Of a stretch of DNA of 64,000 nucleotides, positions 35,775 to 48,752 are shown piece after piece. The notes beneath the pieces were generated by a model. It was given only the letters and a program-made list of their open reading frames with translations. It was not told the DNA's origin and searched no databases. Each line of letters begins with the position of its first letter. Position 1 is the stretch's first letter. This stretch comes from Macrostomum lignano. Its lineage: Eukaryota. The position numbers and the translations under genes were made by a program. The stretch covers positions 1 to 64,000 of the forward strand of contig NIVC01001034.1 in assembly GCA_002269645.1 (NCBI GenBank), written 5' to 3'.

Positions 35775-36155
35775 TTGCTGCTGCAGCCGCTTGATTCGCC
35801 TATCGCTTTCGGAATTGCCGCTGCAGCCGCTTGATTTGCCTGTCGCTTTCGGTATCGTTGCTGCAGCCGCTTGATTCGCCTGTCGCTTTCGGGATTGCCG
35901 CTGCAGCCGCTTGATTTGCCTGTCGCTTTCGGGATTGCCGCTGCAGCCGCTTGATTCGCCTGTCGCTTTCGGGATTGCCGCTGCAGCCGCTTGATTTGCC
36001 TGTCGCTTTCGGGATCGTTGCTGCAGCCGCTTGATTTGCCTGTCGCTTTCGGGATTGCCGCTGCAGCCGCTTGATTCGCCTGTCGCTTTCGGGATTGCCG
36101 CTGCAGCCGCTTGATTCGCCTGTCACTTTCGGGATCGTTGCTGCAGCCGCTTGAT
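35775..36155. repeat. 40-bp tandem repeat (gctgcagccgcttgattcgcctgtcgctttcgggattgcc), ~9.5 copies
   Basis: Direct inspection. Confidence 0.92.
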
Positions 36156-39100
36156 CGTTGCCTCTAGCACTTGGAACCCGCGAATCGGCTGCAGAGGTGA
36201 GAGCTTTCAGCCGCAACAGCTGTTCTCGGCGCAGAATCTGGTAGCCGAAGGTTGCTCTGCCACAGCACTGGCAGCAGGCAAGTCGCAGGCTCGGCTGCAG
36301 ATAGATTGCTAATTGGCCCCAGCACTGGAGGGTACATGTCGTCTGCCTCTTCATCGTTTATCAGTCCTTTGCACAGAGGGTAGCTGGTCTATTTGAACGA
36401 GCCGAGGCAGCATCAACTCTTGGTGTGGGATTGCGTCCCAGCGAAAACAGATGTCTTGCACATCCGTGGCACTTTGTAAGGCAGCAGTAGGCCTCGTCGA
36501 TAAAGTGCAAGCTGAACACACATAGGCCCTGTGATTTAATTGTTTATAAAGGTGAATATCCACGCTCCTGCAGTAGCTGCTGCCAGCGCTTCGCCAGTAT
36601 CATCTTTTGGTAATTTATGCATTCGCAGCGGATTTTTCTTTCTCGGATGTTAATAGCACTAGTACAAAGCTCGTGCAAGTGGGAGTACAGCAGTGGTTCG
36701 AATCAAAACATTTCTCGAGTACGAGATTAGATAGAAAAGCTAGTATGCACTCGAACTTTCTTTAACTCTGACTCTTGTCCTGTTTATCTAAATAAGCTTG
36801 TATTTAAGCACGATTTGCCACCCCCAAATTTTCTAAACCACAACCTCTCAATCCCCACCCCTAATCCAGGCTAGCTATGTGCAGTCCTTTATTTTCTATC
36901 CCACCACCAGTGGGCCTAAATTATCGATCCACTCACCCTGCCTTATACGAAACTGATATTAACCCTATTCCAGACTACCCCCTTCCTCCACTTTGAAAGA
37001 TAGCGGCATTGTACACTGTCTGTCGCGTCTTAATGTACACCATTACTGCACAAAACAAGTTAGTTGTTTATGGCGTTAGCGAAACGATGTCTTAAAAACA
37101 GTCACTCGATTTGTCTAATTTAGCAAATAATACTGTTGCTTCCTTTCATTGCTACTAAGCAGAAAGTAGAGTAAAAATCTTGCCCAGAAAATTAGCCTGA
37201 GTGGCCTATCTAGTGTTTATAGTATCTGTGATGTTATCATTCTATTCTAGCTTTCTAGACCAAGCTTGCTTTGACATTACAAATGACATTACATAGGGTT
37301 TTTCTTCAATTCCACCACTTAGCTACCAACTATGGTAGGGATGCTTCTTCTCACTATAAGTAAGTATTCTAAAAGGCTGCTACCAATGTTGTTAAAAGGC
37401 CAAACTTCTCTCTTTAAATCTTAATTGCTGTCACTAAAAGGTATCTACTAGGAGCTAATTTATAATTTATATCTTTTGGGATGATCTTACATTCTTACAG
37501 CTATCACCAAGGTTGTTCTAATAATTCCTAGTACTTAGGGCCTATTTATAGTTTCATATATATTGCATGAATATTTTGATGGTATGGTATATTTATTTAT
37601 TTACAGGCCTAAGCAGTCTTATGGCACTGTTTGCCCTATTAGGCTATTTTTATATTTCTATTTTACTCCTTAAAAGGGTTCTTCTTTCAGTCCTAGGCAT
37701 TGCTAAGATTAGAGGGTCGTAGCTTCTAAGCATTTTATTGCCCTGGGGCAATTTACTACTCTAAGGCAATTTATTGCTCTAAGGTGATCTTTCTCACTCT
37801 ACTTAGGCCCCCCTAGGCTAGTAATTCTTGATTTCAATAGTTCTAATTCTCCCAACTTGGGTTTCTTAGGCCTAATCCTTTAGAAATGAATAAGCTGAAT
37901 CAACCTCACTGAACAATTTTTAGGATTATTAGAACTATTCAAAAGTAAGAGAAAGCTCATAAAAAGAATAACTTTCTTGGTTCTTTTGGGCTTTCTATTA
38001 TTTTGGGAACAAGTGTTATAGGCCTTTTGGCTCTCTATGAAATCCTACCGCTGCCACCAAGCTGTTATAGGCATTTTGGCTCTCTATGAAATCTCAACTG
38101 CTAACACCAATGCTGTGCTTGTGGTGCTTCTTCCTACTTTTATCAATTTTAATCCCACTAAATGCTACTAAAATCTGTCGTAGGGGATACTTCCTTCTTA
38201 ATAATCTTACTGGTTATTATTTGCCTTTTACTAGTACCGCATGTACTTCTATTGGTGGTGCATGTACTTTTATTGGTAGCATCTGTACTTTTATTGGTAG
38301 TGTCTATACTTCTATTGTACTTTCTGGCCTAAGCGGTCTTTTTTTTGGCACTGTCTATCCTATCCCTATATTCTAAAGATATTATTCTCAGTCCTGGGCA
38401 TTCCCAGGATCAGAGGGTCACAGTGTACTTTGCTGGGTATTCTGCCCTAAGGCGGGTTTCTCAGACTCTGAGTCCTGTGGTAGGATCTCTGCCTTCTAAA
38501 TGTGGGTTACTAGACTCCTAAGTCTAGGATCTCTCTTTCTCTGAGAACGGATTGAACTCCCAATCTTGGGGCAACTCCAATGTCACTATCCACTACTCGA
38601 AATAAGTAACACAAGTGATCACCAGCCCAAGGCTGATTTAAAGCTTGATCAATGTTCGAAACAATGGTACAAGACCAACAAACAAGAAATGGTTCACAAG
38701 ATTACTTATTTTGGCTCCCAGCTGACTCCTATTTATAGTAAAATTTTCCTAGTATTTAAAACAAAGTATTAATACATAGAATATTCAGAATATTTTGCAT
38801 ATAAGAAATATTTTTAATATTCGCATGGTATAACAATAGTACATTTTTTTTAAATGCAACCTTTTCTAAGAAATTGTTATAAAAACTGGAGGCCTATTAT
38901 ACAAGTATTAAGCAAATATATCCAGAAAATATTATCTCATATTACAACATTAAAACAAAACATTTTAGCAGAAATTTGAACATTATTTTTTCTAAGAAAA
39001 AAAGTTTTAATTATAGAAAAAGAAAATACTATAAAACAAATATTGTAATATTATAAGTACACTACATCACTGACTATATTTATTTTTTTCAGTGCCAATA

Positions 39101-40499
39101 TGAATATCAATCCTTTAGTAAGCAGCAATTTAGCTAGCTAAACTCACAAATTTATAATTTCCAATTTTACAATTTTGCAAAAAAACCTAATAGGACTTAT
39201 CAAGATAATTCAATTTGCACTTAATTACTCTTTTTTGACCATTGACTTTAACTATTGACTCTCCTTTTGTTGTTAATTAGTAGTGACACAAATCTCTAAC
39301 TATAAAAAAAACAATATGTTTTTATGTCTGTCTGTATACAAATTTGTTTACTATGGCCTTTGGTATAGATTCCTAAACTGCTCAACCAAATTACACCAAC
39401 TTTTGCACCTACCCTAAACTCATTATGGAGAATGTCTTTATGTCTTAGGCTACTATTAGGCTATTATAAAATTTCTTCAATCCAAGTCTTTCTTCCTATC
39501 TACAAGTAAAAGCATAAAAACTGCTAAAAGTATGATTTTTTCTAAATCCTTTATATCCATAGCATTGCTCCACTTTTACCAATCCTCTTCAAATTTGACA
39601 CAAGCAATCTTCAACTACTTTGACACAATTGTATAAAATGTTGAGTCTCAAAGTTAATGCTTAATGGCACTGTGCACTTTCAAAGTTAGTCTGCTTTTTG
39701 TCAGCAAGATAGCCACCCCAAACCTGTGCCTCTTTCCCCTTCCCTTATCTTATCTAGCCAGTGGCCAGATTACCTTTTGGCTATCATGTTTGATCCATAT
39801 AAAGCAATTGACTTCAAACCTGATACAAAACCTTATTGACTCTTTATGTGTTTAAATAGTCTCACTTCCTTCATGTCCTATGTATATTAGAAAGCAAAAT
39901 AATTGCTCTGCAATAAACAAATAGCTGTCTGTCACTTACCACTCTAAAAGCTTATTGGTTCACAATATAACTATTCAGACCTTTGGAATTAACATTGAGA
40001 GTTAAACAAGTTGATTGTTTGGGCAGGGGATTCTAAGAGAATTTACTAAGAGTATTGCCATGACCCTCTAATCTTGGTAATACCCAAATTGGAAATCAGT
40101 GCATGCTTTGGCCATGATACATTAGTCACTAATAGAAGAATACTAAGACCAGAGTTAGAAAGTGCAACCATAGAAATTAAAGTTTAGTAGAGAAAGTAGA
40201 TCTGGAACAACTTAGGTGGCAGCTCTTTTCTAAGATAAAGGTATATTGCCTGTCATAGCTGATATTAAATGAATCATTCTTAAGGATAGAAGATAAGAGC
40301 CATAATAATAGGCTCTATTGTTTCATAAAATAGCAAATTATATGAATTTTAAGCCTATAGGTAGGCTAAGGCTAACAAAAATTGGATTTCCAATTTATTA
40401 GTACATATTACTACTAAGTATGCTATAAAAAGAATAAATTATATTTTTATTGTAAATATTTAAATTTTATATTATAAAATTTCAGAACTGAAAATCTGC

Positions 40500-43400
40500 A
40501 TGGATGACAAATCAATTGTCATTAACAAAGGGTGGCTAGTAAAGTCACCACCTGATTTAAATCGAAGTATTTTCAGGCACATTAAGAGGCCAAAAAAGTT
40601 GTTGCCTGTAAGTACACAAATGTATTTTAATCTGTTTAATGACTTATTTAATTAGTTATTGCAGAAATGGATTATTTTCTGTTTCTTAATTTTTAATTAT
40701 TATTCAGCTGATAAATTGATAATCTATTATCATGAGAGCCTTGTATTATATAAAAACATTTTAGGCAGTAAAAATAGCTTTGAATTTTCTATTTTTTACT
40801 TGATCACTTTGCAGTAGGCCTGTTGCCAGTTGCCCTCACCAGTAGCCACCACTGATCTATTTGTAGGCCTAGTAGTCTACTCAGTCACTTTTTCAGTGGG
40901 GCAGTGGGCATAACAACAATTCAAGGCCGTAATTGGTGTGCAACCAGCTGGCCACTAAGCACACTTATACGAAGTACTATTCAAATAGAAGGATAGAAAA
41001 CTGCATTTCTTGAAAAACTTTAGAGGGCAGGTTTTACTGAAAATAAATCATAATGGACATAAAAGGCAAACCCAATGCTCATATTTTGATATTTCTTATA
41101 GCTCTATTGATGTTTATAAAACTTTTTTATTTAGAAAATTATGATTCTTATAACCATAAAATCATAAAAATGACACAACTCAACTCATTGGTTTTTATTA
41201 ATTTATTTTATTATTCTAAGCTCTGTGACTGTGCAACAAATGTGTAACAGAATGATAAAATAGATTCATAAATAATAGTGAACCCTGCCTCCTAAAATTT
41301 TCTAAGAAACGGTAGTTTCACGTCTTACTTAAGTAGTCCTTGACTTACACAAGACGTACAGCAGCCCTGGTTTCTGCATACTTGTTGGGTAGCGGGAACT
41401 CTACGCCTTGGGTGTTGGCTCTCATGGACAAATATCAAATTAATGTGTCTATGCATGGAATCAAACTTGAGGGAAAGGTATACATTGGCACTGGACTCAG
41501 ACGCGTTTTTAGAGGCTTTGGGCTGTCTCACAACTAACGAGATACGTTACTGCCCATTCCACTGACTCCAGTGCAGGCACACTCACACAGGAGTGTACAG
41601 CGGCCCTAACTTTTTTCATCGTTTATGGCATGTACACTTCACTGTCTTTGGTGGTTTGTCCTCAAGGGTGTTTATGGCGCGAGCAGAGCCAAGCCGAGAT
41701 TTCAAATCAGCCCCAAATTAATGTGACTGCACTAGGAATCGAGCCTGGGTCGCTGGCACATCAGAGCGCCTGTGCTTGACCACTGGGCTACGGCCCCCTA
41801 CATGTATTTTTCAATAAAGACAGCTTTTTATTCTAAAAAATTAAAAATAATCTGACTCCCGTTTTAAACAGAAATGGCGCCGGCGCTACTTTGAACTGAC
41901 AATATCTGACAGTGGCCGCTCGCTTGCCTACTACAACAAGCCCGCCAGCAGCGCCGGCCCCAACGAGAAGTCTTCAGCTCGTAGTCATCGTCGTTTGAAA
42001 GGCAGCATCGATCTGGCCCGTGTGCGCAGCGTCGCAGTTCGTCATCGTCCGCCTAGCAACGCCATGGCAACGCTGCCAACTAATCTCATACCGTGTCGAC
42101 CGCGTCGCCAAACCGGCGTTGGCGTCGATAATGACGCCTACAGCGAGGAAGCTGTGTCGGATTCGGTTGCAGACTATTCAGAGGAGGCCGACTGGCTGCA
42201 GAGGTTATTGACCATCTTTTGCTTTCCATTAGGTTTTGAGTTGAAATCATCATTGTAAGACTGAACTTCCCCATTTTTAGAGTCGAGATCCTATCGTTGG
42301 AGTCGAAATCTCCATTGTAGAGTCGAAATCCCCATAGAGTCTAAATACCCATTGAGTCAAAATCCCCATAGTTAGAGTCGAAATCCTCATTGTTAAAGTC
42401 GAAATCCTAATTGTCAAATTCGAAATCCCCATTGTTAGAGTCGAAATTCCCATTATTAGAATCGAAAATCCCCAATGTTAGAGTCGAAATCATCATTGTT
42501 AGAGTCGAATTCCCCTTTTTAAGAGTAAAAATCCCCATTATTAGAGTAAAAATCCACATTATTAGAGTAAAAATCCCCATGCTTATAGTCTAACTCCCCA
42601 TTGTTAGAGTCGAAAATCCCATTGAAAAAGTAAAAATCCCCATTGTTAGAGTAAAAATCCCCATTATTAGAGTAAAAATCCCCATACTTATAGTCCAATT
42701 CCCCATTGTTAGAGTCGAAAATCCCATTGAAAAAGTAAAAATCCCCATTGTTAGAGTAAAAATCCCCATTATTAGAGTAAAAATCCCCATACTTATAGTC
42801 TAACTCCCCATTGTTAGAGTCGAAATCCCCATTGTTAAAGTCGGAATCCCCAATGTTAGAGTCGAAATCCCCATTGTTAGAGTAAAAACATCCCATTTTT
42901 AGAGTGGAAATCACTTTCTTGAAGTCGGAATCCCCAATCTTAGAAAAGAAATCCTCATTCTTAAAAGCGGAAGGCCACATTCGAAGAGTCGAAATCCTAC
43001 AGTTACAAGTCGAAGTACCCATTCATTCATAACTAATAAGAATCTTTTTGTCTGAAAATTCTCCTTCGCAATCAAAACACGCTCACGCAGGTGCGCTTTC
43101 TCCGTGCTAGTATCCGGCGATCCAAACAGAAGCCGGTGCGACCAGCGGCGCTATCATTTCCTAGCCGACAATCCGGCCGCCGCTACGCGCTGGGTCGAGG
43201 CGCTCTGCCGAGCCTGCGGCCTGCACTCAGCCGTAGATCTTGGACCAGCTGGCCTGGCGGCGCCTGTTCTAGCTGGCGCCGCCGCCGCCTCAGCGCCGTC
43301 AAGCTCAACTGAGGTCGCAGCGGCAGCTTCGGAGGATTACATATACTTGTCAGCTACTACTACTAGTGTATTCTCGTCTGCCGCTTATGCTGGTAGGAAT

Positions 43401-43721
43401 CCTGGCATAGATTCTTGCGATGCTACTGCTAGTAGTAGTAGTTTCCCTGTAGCTGAAGGCTACGTCAATATACCGTCCGAGCGGGCTCCTGTGGCATCGG
43501 CTACTACTGAGCTTCGTCAGCAAAACAACGACGTAGAAAAAGACGAATCTATTGGCCTTGGCCATGCTAACGGTCTCAACTGCGATGGGGACGCCGGCGA
43601 TAATTCACTGCCGTTGCCGCGCCGACGACGCGATACAAAATCTACTTCGTCGAATTCTTCGGCACCGACTGATAATGACGGCGATGAGATCGACACTGTC
43701 GGTGGCCTCCAGTTCCCTGTA

Positions 43722-43762
<41 letters not shown>

Positions 43763-43812
43763 GAGCGACAGACAGACAGACAGACAGAAAGACAGACAGA
43801 CAGACAGAGAGC

Positions 43813-43882
<70 letters not shown>

Positions 43883-43917
43883 TACTAATACAGACAGACA
43901 GACAGACAGATACTAAT

Positions 43918-43974
<57 letters not shown>

Positions 43975-44336
43975 TACTAATACAGACAGACAGACAGAAA
44001 GACAGACAGATACTAATACAGACAGACAGACAGAAAGACAGACAGATACTAATACAGACAGACAGACAGAAAGACAGACAGATACTAATACAGACAGACA
44101 GACAGACAGATACTAATACAGACAGACAGACAGAAAGACAGACAGATACTAATACAGACAGACAGACAGAAAGACAGACAGATACTAATACAGACAGACA
44201 GACAGAAAGACAGACAGATACTAATACAGACAGACAGACAGAAAGACAGACAGATACTAATACAGACAGACAGACAGAAAGACAGACAGATACTAATACA
44301 GACAGACAGACAGAAAGACAGACAGATACTAATACG

Positions 44337-44369
<33 letters not shown>

Positions 44370-44688
44370 GCCAAGACTGTCAAGGAGTTGGCTACTGTCA
44401 GAGACAAAGCAGACATAGCATTGGGCCAGTCAGTGTGATGTAGAAAATCTTCAAATATTTTCTGTACTACTGTTTCTTCAACTACACAATAAACTGCCAT
44501 CCCAGGCTAACTATGCCCAGTTGGACATCGGCGAGATGCGGCACGCCTCGGCCGAGGCTCTGGCTGTCACTGCCGCTTTGTCGTCTACCCTCGGAGGTGC
44601 CAAGACGTCGGTTGCCATGCCAACTGTGGAATACGCTACCGTCGACGCGATGCGCACGCTGGCCTTGGCCGAGATGACGAGTAGCTAA
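40500..44688 (+). CDS. dos: Gab/DOS (daughter of sevenless)-family PH-domain docking protein, ~416 aa, 4 exons
   Basis: Exons 40500-40607, 41872-42203, 43091-43718 and 44506-44688. Introns are GT-AG with phases 0,2,0, total 1251 nt. Gab-type PH motifs [45 protein letters not shown]. The C-terminal tandem SHP2-type sites YAQLD...[14 protein letters not shown] resemble the Gab1 YLDL/YVVVDQQKTLAL region. Confidence 0.85.
41540..41798 (-). mobile_element. tRNA-derived SINE (head at ~41798; 3' end uncertain, possibly to ~41300) in Gab intron 1
   Basis: The minus strand starts GGGGCCGTAGCCCAGTGG with an A-box (41780-41790) and a B-box GGCTCGATTCC (41735-41745). The body is shared with 21295-21380. 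Confidence 0.7.
42270..43020. repeat. 21-bp minisatellite (aaatccccattgttagagtcg) in Gab intron 2
   Basis: About 35 degenerate copies. Confidence 0.88.
43724..44369. repeat. (GACA)n microsatellite with a 32-bp higher-order unit containing gatactaataca, in Gab intron 3
   Basis: Direct inspection. Confidence 0.95.
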
Positions 44689-44699
44689 CGCTTTAGTTA

Positions 44700-44960
44700 A
44701 TGGGTACCTTCTCGTATGCTTCACCTAATGGGTAGATAAGTTTTACCTAATGAGTAGATAAATTTTACCTAATGGGTGGATAAATTTTACCTAATGGGTG
44801 GATAAATTTTACTTATAGGTAGCTAAAACTTTACCTATGAGTAACTATTGCTTTAGTTAATAGGTAGCTGATAGCTGAAGCGTTACCTATTAATAGCTAA
44901 TGCTTTACCTAATCGGTAGCTAAATTTTATCTAATGGGTAGCTAGTAAACCTATTTTTAG
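44700..44960. repeat. Degenerate 22-bp repeat (ttttacctaatgggtggataaa) just 3' of the Gab stop codon
   Basis: 4-5 good copies, then decay. Confidence 0.7.
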
Positions 44961-47900
44961 CTAATAAGTAGTTGATGAGTACCTAATAAGAACCTAATGC
45001 TTTAGCTTATCAATAATAAGTAGCTACGAGTAGCAAGATAAGCCATTTACTGAGTACGCTAAACCGTACGTCTACACCTTTAGCTTACAAGCAGCTAATC
45101 AGGTTGGCTAATAAGTACCTTTCTTTTATCTGATAAATTTCTAATAGTTTGTCTAATTTCTGTATTTTAGTGAGTGATGATTTCAATTATTAGTATTCTA
45201 AAAGAATTGCACAAGATGTTTACTGATTTTCTATTTTTTAATTGTAAATTATAATCATGGTAAGAGACAAATACATGTACTTTTTGTGGGTTTTTTCAAA
45301 ATCGTGTTTTTGATGTAGAAGAGATTTAATTATGAATTTTGTATTAATAATTTACTGTAAATTGTAATCTTTATTATCGCTTCTATTTTTGTAAAGTAAC
45401 TATTGGACCATACGAGCGTAGTTTTAATATTTTGTCCGTGTTTAACAAATTATATTTTGACTGATTTTGCACCCTTTTCTAAATTTACATTTACTGAATA
45501 AAATGTTTTATTGAAAGCTATATTGTTACTCTAGCACTGCTGCTGCTTGCTTCTAATTTATACAGCTGTTTTGTATTATTAAATTGTTAGCGCCAAGCGT
45601 AACTTTGTTTTCTTCATTCATTTCTGGTTGTTTTTTCTTGCATGGCCATTTTTGCTTATAACAGTTGTTATTTATATGCTTGGCTAATTGATTCGTTTGC
45701 TTTTAGTTTACACGCGCTTTTATGCATCTATGTTATGCGCATAGACGAAAATTTGTTTTACTTCGTCTGCTAACACAATCTTCGCTCCGTTGCTAGTGTG
45801 TCTTGTCGGTGTGTCTTTCTGGTGTTGATATTTTAAAAAGAATACTCCAAAAATTTATAATACATATTTTTTATTACAATGTGTTTGATCAGATATAGTA
45901 AACGACTGTTGTTTAAAGGTATTTCACTCGAATAATATGTGCATTCAAAACTTAGATTAAAATATTGGTTTGTACTGTCACAACTTCTAGGCTACTACTC
46001 ATTAGAGGGTTCTGTGCATTTTGCGTTATGATTTTAATTTGTTTGCCGCGTCAGTTGCTAAACTTTAAACTTATATAATTATTCGTGCTACAACCAACTT
46101 TTAATTTTAATTATATTAGATTGCTCCTCTTGACGGCTTGCTTCGTCTCATCCTTTTTTTGAAAAAACTTCGCTTTTTATTGTTTGTTCAATCAATAAAA
46201 CCTTTGTGTAAATGTATTTTTATTTGGCCATGCAAACCTACTTTATCAAAATTAAATCGTTTTAATCGTACGGTCACAAACTCGTTGCCGATATTGTCTT
46301 TTAAGTCTTTTAAAGTAATTAGGGTAAGTAGGCTAACGTTGCGGTTATTAAGAAACTAAGAGTAATGGGCGGCCTGCCACAGTCACCAAAATGAATCAAA
46401 TCGGATTACGATTTGTAAGTTAACACATTGCATGTAGTACAAAAAAGTAATAGCAAAGGTGTACGTGTACTGTGTACGACATTTTGGTTAGTTTTTAGCG
46501 AACGTTCCATTTATGCTGAAGATAAGTGTTATCATTCACCGTTCGCCTTCCATGCGCAAATGGAAAGAACTTTTCTGACATGCGGGCACAATACGTTGTA
46601 TTGCAAAAAGCGGCACTCCTGTGTTAACAACAGTAATAACGCAGACATAGAGTACGTAAAGATTTTTTACAACCTAATACCTTATTAAAAAAATTTTAAA
46701 ACATCAAAGTAAAGGTTTTATTTTAAATTTATCTAAGCATAAGGAATTTTATTAGTTTTGTTATAACTCTTTGAAACGGTTTTTGTCCAATCTGCATTGG
46801 CACTTTTAAAAGTCAATTGCGCTCCATTATTCATTTTGCTTACGATAAGTGTAGTGGCCTATTGTACACAGTACAAGCGTGTCCTATAATCTACACGCTG
46901 ATGTGTTTGAACCTTAGCCCTTGATTTCAGTAACTCAGAAGACCAGGTAGGACTGACGCCCATGTCAGTCTGCGTGGCCGAAATTTATAAATAATACAGA
47001 TGTTCAAGTTTCAACTAAGCTAGGCCTATCCTGCCATGTTAAACCTATTTTCTAGTTTGCAGAATTAATACCACTTGCACTGTTGCAGTAGGTCCGCCCA
47101 GTGAGCCTAAGCCTAGCTGCTTAGTTAGCTAGTTAGGCTAACATTACACATCGTCTACTTAGCTTATTTTAAATCACTTTGCCTAAAACAGCCTAAGCCT
47201 ACTAGCTGGATTAAGGGTGTGGTGACATTCGTCTAGGGCTGGGCATATAGGCCTAATTACATTTCTAAGTATTCATTAATAGCCCATCTAAAAACAATAT
47301 ATCTACTATAGTATATGGATCATATTATTAGATAGAAGCATAGGCCTACTGCATTTGTAATATATAAAGTGCACCCTTGACCCTTCACCCTTAGGGCCTT
47401 AGCTTAATGGCCCAAATGCATTATTTAACAATTTTGTCTTGACTCGAGTTTGGTATTAGGTATTATTTCTGTTAGTTATAAAATGTAAAAGAAATTAAGA
47501 AATTTGCAATATATATTAGTATAGTAGGGCCTATATTTAAATTATAAATATAATAAAAGTTGGCCCCTATAAGAATTATAACTTATAGGCCTACACTATT
47601 CCACTTAGGCAATTATTATTAGTGTCATTAGTAAATTGTATATAATTATATTGTAATGCTTTATTATGTTATTATATTGCAATGCAATGCCATTGCCATT
47701 GCCAATAATGCAACTAGAAATTTGTTAAGGTGGGGTAGATTCTTAAACTTAAGGTAAAGACTTTAAAAAATGAGAGTTAGAAGCAGTGGCAGAGGAGATA
47801 GCTTTGTAACCTTTCTGTTTTGGGAAATAGTTTGCTTTGTCCCCACTTTTAATTTCTTAGGTCTCTACCTTAGGGGGAGATAAAATCTTCCCTTGCTAGG

Positions 47901-48139
47901 GTGTATCTTACATATCAAGTGCACAAAGAAATGGCATTCTTTCATTTTACAATCACCTAGCACTGTCCCTATGGGAGTCGGGACTTTTGTTATACAATCC
48001 CCCACCCACAGAGAACAGAAAATTGCTCTTAAAATTGAACTTCAAAATGGGACCACTTCTAAGTGTGTCATTTTAACAAAAAATATTGTGTCTTATAGAA
48101 GTTAGAAGCCTGTCCTTACTCCTTATATTCACTTTCAAT

Positions 48140-48752
48140 GCAATCATTTAAATGGTGAAGTTATATATAGATGATTGCAAGACAAAACCGAAAGAGCTTG
48201 TAGATTTTAAGTTACAATCACACCAAAAGTAAAATTGTATTGGAGGGATTGTATGACAAAATGGTAGGAAATTGTTGCTATAATAGACATTTCAACCAAG
48301 CAATCAATTGCAGCCTCTAATATGTCCGCGAACCAAAAGCCACCCACTTTTTATATGGCTCTTTTTGCACGGCCTTTTTGGGCGCCAACGCTACCCCATG
48401 CCCCCCCCTCACTTTTGTCATACAATCACCACTCGGTATAATACATAGGTCCAATGAACTGGGGGATCGTATGACAAAAATGAGGGGGCGGCGCTTGTGA
48501 ATCTTATAATGAATACAATTTCATTCTTGAACCCTATAGATTTTTTATGGAGATCGATATAGCAGTTTGTATCCAAAGCTGCTGTGAACTGGTGCAACTT
48601 TGCCAGGGATATAATGTGTAATCCATTCACTTTTGTCATACAATCCCTTTAATACAATTCTACCAATGTGGTGATCGTAATTCAAAACCTACAAGCTCTT
48701 TTGGTTTCGTCTTGCAATCATCTACATATAACTTCACCATTTAAATAATTGT
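48140..48752. mobile_element. Foldback-like non-autonomous element with ~120-bp imperfect terminal inverted repeats
   Basis: 48140-48261 (atttaaatggtgaagttata...gattgtatgacaaaa) is the reverse complement of 48631-48752. Extra internal ttttgtcatacaatc / gatcgtatgacaaaa motifs at ~48413 and ~48465. Confidence 0.65.

Noticed and set aside
44370-44438. Alternative Gab terminal exon ([10 protein letters not shown]...*) right after (GACA)n
   Set aside because: In phase, but the acceptor has no polypyrimidine tract, and the downstream acceptor yields the conserved SHP2 motifs.
42519-44500. NGDFYS-repeat and (VCLS)n ORFs on the minus strand
   Set aside because: Minisatellite and microsatellite translations within Gab introns.
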